Source of the DNA: Oopsacas minuta | Lineage: Eukaryota; Animalia; Porifera | DNA length: 64,000 nucleotides | Direction of reading: 5' to 3' | NCBI GenBank assembly: GCA_024704765.1 | Contig: JAKMXF010000317.1 | Coordinates: forward strand, 124,001-188,000 | In this document: one piece after another, positions 61,533-64,000 of the stretch | Layout: each line of letters starts with the position of its first letter | How positions within the stretch are numbered: position 1 is the stretch's first letter | Translations under genes and position numbers: made by a program | The notes under the pieces: model-generated | The model's database searches: none | The model's input: the letters and a program-made list of their open reading frames with translations, nothing else | Told to the model about the DNA's origin: nothing

Positions 61533-62777
61533 ATGGCTACTGCAGAAGTTGATTTGAGTTTCTTAACTCAGATAAAAGAGAGTAGAAAGAAGATTAGAGA
61601 CTGCTTCAAGAAGTTGCATGAAGCTCTACAACTCAGAGAGAGTATCCTCCTCTCTCATATTGATCAACTAGAGAATAATTACAATAACAAAACTCAAGAA
61701 ATGAATTCATTGATCGAAGCTTTGAACAAAGAAATGGCGCAAGCTACAAAGACTCTCTCCGCTAACAAACTTGCTGAAACCCACAAACAAATTAATGAAC
61801 TAACAGTTGAGACAGACAGTAGCATTGAGTTTGAATGGAACAATCAATTCGAGACTGACATAGAACAGCTAGGGAGTATTAAGCTTAACAGTCAGACTAC
61901 CATATCTCCCACCCGCAACTTCCCTCCTCAAGTGAAGGCTGTTGTACCTGACTACAACGCTAAACAGCTGCCTACTGCTTACTGCTGTAAGAGATCAGAC
62001 AACAAAGCTCCAGGAGAACTGAACTGTCCCAGAGGTATAGCAGTTCTTAACCAAACTGGAGACATATACATAGCGGATTATTGCAACGATCGTGTACAAG
62101 TTTTTAGCTGTAACGGAGACTATCTCTTCATATTCAGTGAAAAGATGAACAAACCTATAGGTATCTGTATATCTCATAATATAGTGGTTGTTACACAATA
62201 TCATGGTCATTGCATTAATATGTACGGGCTAGAAGGGGAACTAATCAAGAGTGTTGGTAGTAAAGGGGATGGAAAAGTTCAGTTCTACTATCCACACGGA
62301 GTAGATGTCTCTGATAGAAATATCAATGTGTACGCATGTGATTCCGGTAATAACAGAGTTCAAATCTTAACTCAAGAACTCAAGTTCCATTCCATGCTAG
62401 GAATAGATTTGTTTGAGTATCCACGTGACGTTAAGGTTGCAAGAGACAGAGTATTGGTGCTAGATGGAAGTGATTCGTGTATGTTTGTGTTCAATTCAGA
62501 TCACGTTCTAACCAACAGACTGATAACTAGAGGTGATGGCAAACAAACAAACAATCCATTCCGTTTCGACATAGACAGAAACTATAACATCATTATGAGT
62601 GACTACAGTAATCACTGTGTGTACGTATTCAATCAGGAGGGTGAACAGATACACAAGTTTGGGAAGGAAGGTCAGGGTATCGGGGAGTTCTTTCGTCCAT
62701 TTGGAATAGCACTAGACAACACAGGACACATTATAGTTGTTTGTGATAAGCATACTAATTGTCTACAATTCTTTTGA
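61533..62777 (+). CDS. Coiled-coil + NHL beta-propeller protein (copy 3), intact 414 aa, TRIM-NHL-like without RING/B-box
   Basis: Open ORF with about six NHL repeats (GELNCPRGIAV, QFYYPHGVDV..VYACDSGNNRVQIL, GEFFRPFGIALD). Confidence 0.93.
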   Translation: MATAEVDLSFLTQIKESRKKIRDCFKKLHEALQLRESILLSHIDQLENNYNNKTQEMNSLIEALNKEMAQATKTLSANKLAETHKQINELTVETDSSIEFEWNNQFETDIEQLGSIKLNSQTTISPTRNFPPQVKAVVPDYNAKQLPTAYCCKRSDNKAPGELNCPRGIAVLNQTGDIYIADYCNDRVQVFSCNGDYLFIFSEKMNKPIGICISHNIVVVTQYHGHCINMYGLEGELIKSVGSKGDGKVQFYYPHGVDVSDRNINVYACDSGNNRVQILTQELKFHSMLGIDLFEYPRDVKVARDRVLVLDGSDSCMFVFNSDHVLTNRLITRGDGKQTNNPFRFDIDRNYNIIMSDYSNHCVYVFNQEGEQIHKFGKEGQGIGEFFRPFGIALDNTGHIIVVCDKHTNCLQFF

Positions 62778-63156
62778 GTTTTGATCATCTTTCACACTAA
62801 CAATGTTATTCATTTGCCTATAATCATAACCTTATAATCTATAACAATATAGCATTATTATTACTGTACCGACTATACTTTCGTATAAACCTCAGTATTG
62901 ATCTCAATGGAAAGTTTTTTAGGGGCTAATAATATTGAATATCCTGAAATATTTCTCAAATACAGCCAAGAAGGCCCAAGTCAGTCGAGGTCTGGTTCAA
63001 GCAGCATCAATTTGTTATGAGCAACGAAAAGGGTTATGGTATAATATTCTGAGAATGTAGGAAAACTCCTTGATCCATGGTTATATATACCTTCTGATGA
63101 AAATATCCATTTTCGAGTTTGAGCATATGTATCTCTATTGTGAAGCAAGGATTATA

Positions 63157-63273
63157 CAGTGTAACCTCGTCAATACGTATACCAAGGGACTATCGAGATT
63201 TGTACTCCTTATTTGGAGTACGTATTAATCGGAAATTTGTATTAAATGTGTTTGTATTAACGAGGTTTCACTG
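63157..63273. mobile_element. 117-bp pogo/Tigger-like MITE
   Basis: TIR cagtg(t/a)aacctcgt(c/t)aatac, 18/20 match, TA flanks. Confidence 0.85.
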
Positions 63274-64000
63274 TAGATAAATATGGTTGAGAAATAACTT
63301 TTGAAGCTGCCGGTACACTGAATTGTGTCTAGGGAAGTGTCTGCTATTTTAGTGGATGTATATTTTCACGCTAAACAATACTATTTTTGAGAAAAAAATC
63401 TATTATTTCAATTAATTTGCATATACAAGTTTCCCTCATGTTTTCATGCTTGTTTGCTTTCCATTTTGTATTTCTAACTAGAATAAATGTCAACGGGATT
63501 TGTAAATATCAAAAGTAATTCAATAGGGGCATAATAGATGAAATCGGTATAGCATAGGTCCTGACGGTATTCCGGACGTGTGTAATATAGCATTTCTCTA
63601 TAGGAGCCGCTTACGAATTTCAGAAAAGTGATTAGAAATCTGATAGTGAACGTAATCGCGTTACGTTCACTATCCTTTTTTTGCGAAAGGATCGAATCAC
63701 GATCTCCGATCATTTTTTAATGATCGTGATCGTGATCGTGATGGGATCATAAATTTGGTGATCGACTAATGACGGTGTCATAGGGAATCCTGTTCTCTAA
63801 GTGTTTCCCCTTTGTGAATATTGTTCCCCCAAACATTCTTCACTAATGAATGATGTTTAGGGAAACAGGATTCCCTACGGAATGCTGTACGGAATACTTG
63901 TTCACGTTTCTTGACCCACGTACGTGTTGCTAAGTGTGCAAAGGGAAACACTTGGAGAAACAGGGTTTCCTAGGGAATCATGTTTCCCTAAACATCATCC

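Overview
AT-rich eukaryotic (animal) genomic DNA with long intronless genes. An intron-poor sponge such as a hexactinellid would fit, but that is inference only. About 1-36 kb is a dense nest of transposons: Tc1 (DD34E), a NOF/Rehavkus-like Mutator relic interrupted by a Tc1 MITE, a rosa/DD41D element, a degraded hAT, a near-complete Chapaev with ~417-bp TIRs and a 4-bp TSD, a Penelope-like retroelement split by a two-gene PIF/Harbinger, a 1.09-kb foldback, mariner and many MITEs. About 37-63 kb holds host genes: an intact class I PI3K catalytic subunit with a ~250-aa N-terminal extension, four coiled-coil + NHL beta-propeller loci (two intact, one with a premature stop, one fragment; three of the four form a recombinant mosaic), a disrupted ABCC4-like transporter, an intact Buster-type hAT and a decayed Maf-type bZIP. 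The most unusual items are the Penelope-like element (long Cys/His-rich N-terminus, no recognisable complete GIY-YIG), the mosaic NHL cluster, the Chapaev, and the PI3K extra domain. All family calls come from motif recognition by eye; no searches were run.
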